A stretch of DNA of 63,988 nt, the filler included, from Diploschistes diacapsis (Eukaryota): assembly GCA_023645945.1 (NCBI GenBank). It is 5 parts of 5 records of this genome, joined end to end, with 100 filler letters (N's around TTAATTAATTAA, not from the genome) between each part and the next. Parts side by side here need not be neighbours in the genome. Positions count along the whole stretch, not along the records: positions 56,981 to 63,988 come from JALAIB010001321.1; 4 more parts are not named here. One strand, written 5' to 3'. Shown piece by piece: positions 61,475 through 63,988 of the stretch (the first letter of the stretch is position 1; every line of letters begins with the position of its first letter). A program made the position numbers and the translations under genes. Below the pieces are notes generated by a model that ran no database searches, was not told the origin of the DNA, and saw only the letters and a program-made list of their open reading frames with translations.

Positions 61475-61724
61475 GCACCTCTCGTCCAAGTCAGGAGCGC
61501 TTAGCTTTTCCCCCATTGTTCAGAACACGTCGTTGTACTGGAGATAGCAGAGTAGCTTCATTCTTGAAAGAAGTGCTTCAGAAGGTTTGCAATTCAAGCA
61601 TTTGCTGTTCTCGCTTCGATGTATACTTGACGTCATCCAGTTGATGATTGAAAAGGAGGTCACTGGCGGCTCAAATGTTTCATAGAAATTGAAAGTGGGC
61701 ATATCAATTGCCATTTATGACAGC

Positions 61725-63081
61725 TCATACTGCGTTCAACGTGTCGTACCGAATGGTGCCTTGTCGAGGTAAATGTAATGTTTCTCTGCTGAAAATCGAG
61801 CCATCCCTGTCAGTCAAGCTCCCTTCGCTTGAGCTTCCTACAACTCTGGTCATGAAAGGGGTTGTAGAGATCGACAAGTCTATGTGTGGTGCCTGATCCG
61901 ACTGGCGGCTCGAGCGACCCGAAGAACTAGAAGGCGTAGCCAACGGCTTTTGCTCTTCTGCAGCTTGCATGTGAGCAGCGATCGATTTTCTCCTTGGGTA
62001 ACTTGAATGGCCTCGCACAAGGCGCACCAATGGCCTGAGAGTTGGTACACAGCCACATATGATGCCGGTGTTGACCTCTAGGATACTGAATAGAAAGCTC
62101 ATACCGGCCTTCCAAGTTCGATCGTACGACGTGAGATCGGCCGTGGCCAATGCCCATCGAATGAGTGCAACGGCGAAGGCGACCAGGCCGACCAGAAACA
62201 CAAAAGATAGTAGAACCTTGTCCCTTTTGTTAAACTTCATATGCCAGATGATAGGCATAGGTAACACTGCTATGGCAAGATCTGAAATAACACTCATCGC
62301 GCCCCACGCAATGTCCGGAGCAACCAAGGAGATACAGGTACCCGGAAGATTCGGTTCGTAATATTTTTCGATCGGAGTGCAGCTGGCAATCTGAAGAATC
62401 ATATTACTGATCAGATAAGCAGTGTTAAAGCCCATCACAGCCCAGCAAGTCCATATGAATCGTTTGTGGACCCAAAAGACGCGAATATAAAAAAGAAGAA
62501 TGGCAGTCTGTACATTGTTAATATGCCACGAGGTTGAAGTTTGCTAAGTCTGTTACCTTGTATCCGAGAAGACTCAAGGCATAGAATTCAGAAGATATCA
62601 TGATCCACTGGGAGACGTTAGCTATGGATTTTGGAATCTATCGGAAGTATCGCAGCACACCTTGTAGTACTCTGAATACAGAGCTGGTGTAATATTCCAT
62701 ATGTGCATTCCCATACCATGGTGGGTCGCTGGAGCATTATTAGCCGTCATTCAAAGACCAGGGTCCTATAAGCGACGTACTTATTCCGATGCAAACACTG
62801 AAAGCAATGGACGAGATCTAAGACATTTAGAGCTCTCCCTCTTCTACTGAAGACGGACAAGATCAAACCAAGGTAAGTATAGTAACCCCTAAGACAGCGG
62901 CTTAGTATGAGCCACAGAGAAAGTATGAAGGTAGAATACAATCATCAGCCCCAAAAAAATGCACAATGCCCGCCCTTGTCCAGACCCTCAGAGCAACAAA
63001 AACAGCAGAAATGATAGGAAATATAATGGCAACACTTGTAATGGCTGGACCACGAGTCTCGATGTTCGACGGTGCTGCCAT
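61725..63081 (-). CDS. PTH11-like (rhodopsin-domain, no CFEM) integral membrane protein
   Basis: RGPAI...FVALRVWTR...FGADD, HGMGMHIW, AILLFYIRVF, C.PI, SDLAIAVLPMP.IW, LEVNTGIICGCVPTLRPL; multiple introns. Confidence 0.88.
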
Positions 63082-63988
63082 AGCAATTGAGTTCAGAAAC
63101 ACTTGGGTTTGCGATTTCAATACTAAGATTCATGCTATCATAGAGAAGCTAATGAAGGTATTTCTGGTCTTTGAAAGGTACTTGAAAAGGAAACATGTAT
63201 ACATGATTATCATGAGAATGAAAGTGATTCCAGAGCAACAGATCGTTTTGGAGCTCCCGCATTGTACGGCCTGTTATAGAATTTTAGTGTTGCAAAGTTA
63301 TTAACAACAAAAGCACAGCAGCAGCATCCTAGGGCTGTGCCATGCTGAGTGAGCTCCTTTCAAAACAGCCAAGATGGCATAGAATGGCGTGCAGTAGGAT
63401 AATTTCCCGTTCAATCAATGTTAATTGCGCAATACACCTTGCGCCATCGCTAAGTTGGTAGTCTCGAGAGCCTTTGTGGATGCCTTCGCGGGTGCTGCAG
63501 TTGGGACTTTGGGGATGCAATGTCATGCTCCATGCTTGAGGGCACGAGCATGCATCCAGTTACTTAAATTTCAACTGGCACAAATAGCGGGACTGGCCTT
63601 CACAAACTTGTAAGGGACCATTGAGCATCTCCTCGATTTCACTCTTCAGCTCAGAGAGAGGCCGTCAGATGTCTCAGCTGGAGCTTTTCCGGGCTTAGTC
63701 AGTAAGCGACTTCGCCCCATCCGTGCTTTTTGTAGCTAAGTACCGACAGGCAATTGGTAAGGCTCAATCCAACTCTAATGCCCCCTGACTGAGGGTCCAC
63801 AGGTGGGTGCATTGTAGACCCCTGCGACCACAACTTCATGCTATTATAAGGCATTGGAGCATACATGACTGGGATGCAATTTTGGTGAGCAACCCAAAGC
63901 CTAGCAATGTTCTGCCGTGGAGATACTACTCTCCACATTTCACGAGACCCCCTAGCCCGCCACATTCTCCGCCCTCCTCCCCCCATCC

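Overview
Genomic DNA of a filamentous ascomycete (Pezizomycotina-type genes, short GT-AG introns with CTRAY branch sites). The window is five contigs joined by 100-nt artificial N44-TTAATTAATTAA-N44 spacers, so adjacency across the gaps is unproven. Housekeeping genes: SF3B6/p14, ERG5, an NHP10-like HMG protein, ILV3, a Kelch-BTB protein, TFIIA large subunit, CDC20, CWC25, a CAX-family Ca2+/H+ exchanger, NIT3, an Hsp70-12-like protein and DLD1. Also present are a truncated P450, a GH16 glucanase, a Bet v1/SRPBCC protein and a PTH11-like receptor. Between them lie many recently disrupted accessory genes: a secreted prepro-protein, a Cys-rich single-pass membrane protein, DUF3431, AA9 LPMO-CBM1, a zinc-finger exonuclease and an ART paralog. 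The most interesting items are (1) an intact spliced gene fusing an RGG-rich N-terminus to an R-S-E type ADP-ribosyltransferase-like domain, next to a decayed tandem paralog; (2) a disrupted gene with about 16 tandem C2HC zinc fingers fused to a DEDDh exonuclease; (3) a 3-hydroxyacyl-CoA dehydrogenase-YWTD propeller fusion; (4) a composite GATTAG/GATAAG element shared upstream of ERG5 and NIT3; (5) a long, structured TFIIA intron. All family assignments come from motifs recognised by eye; no database searches were run.
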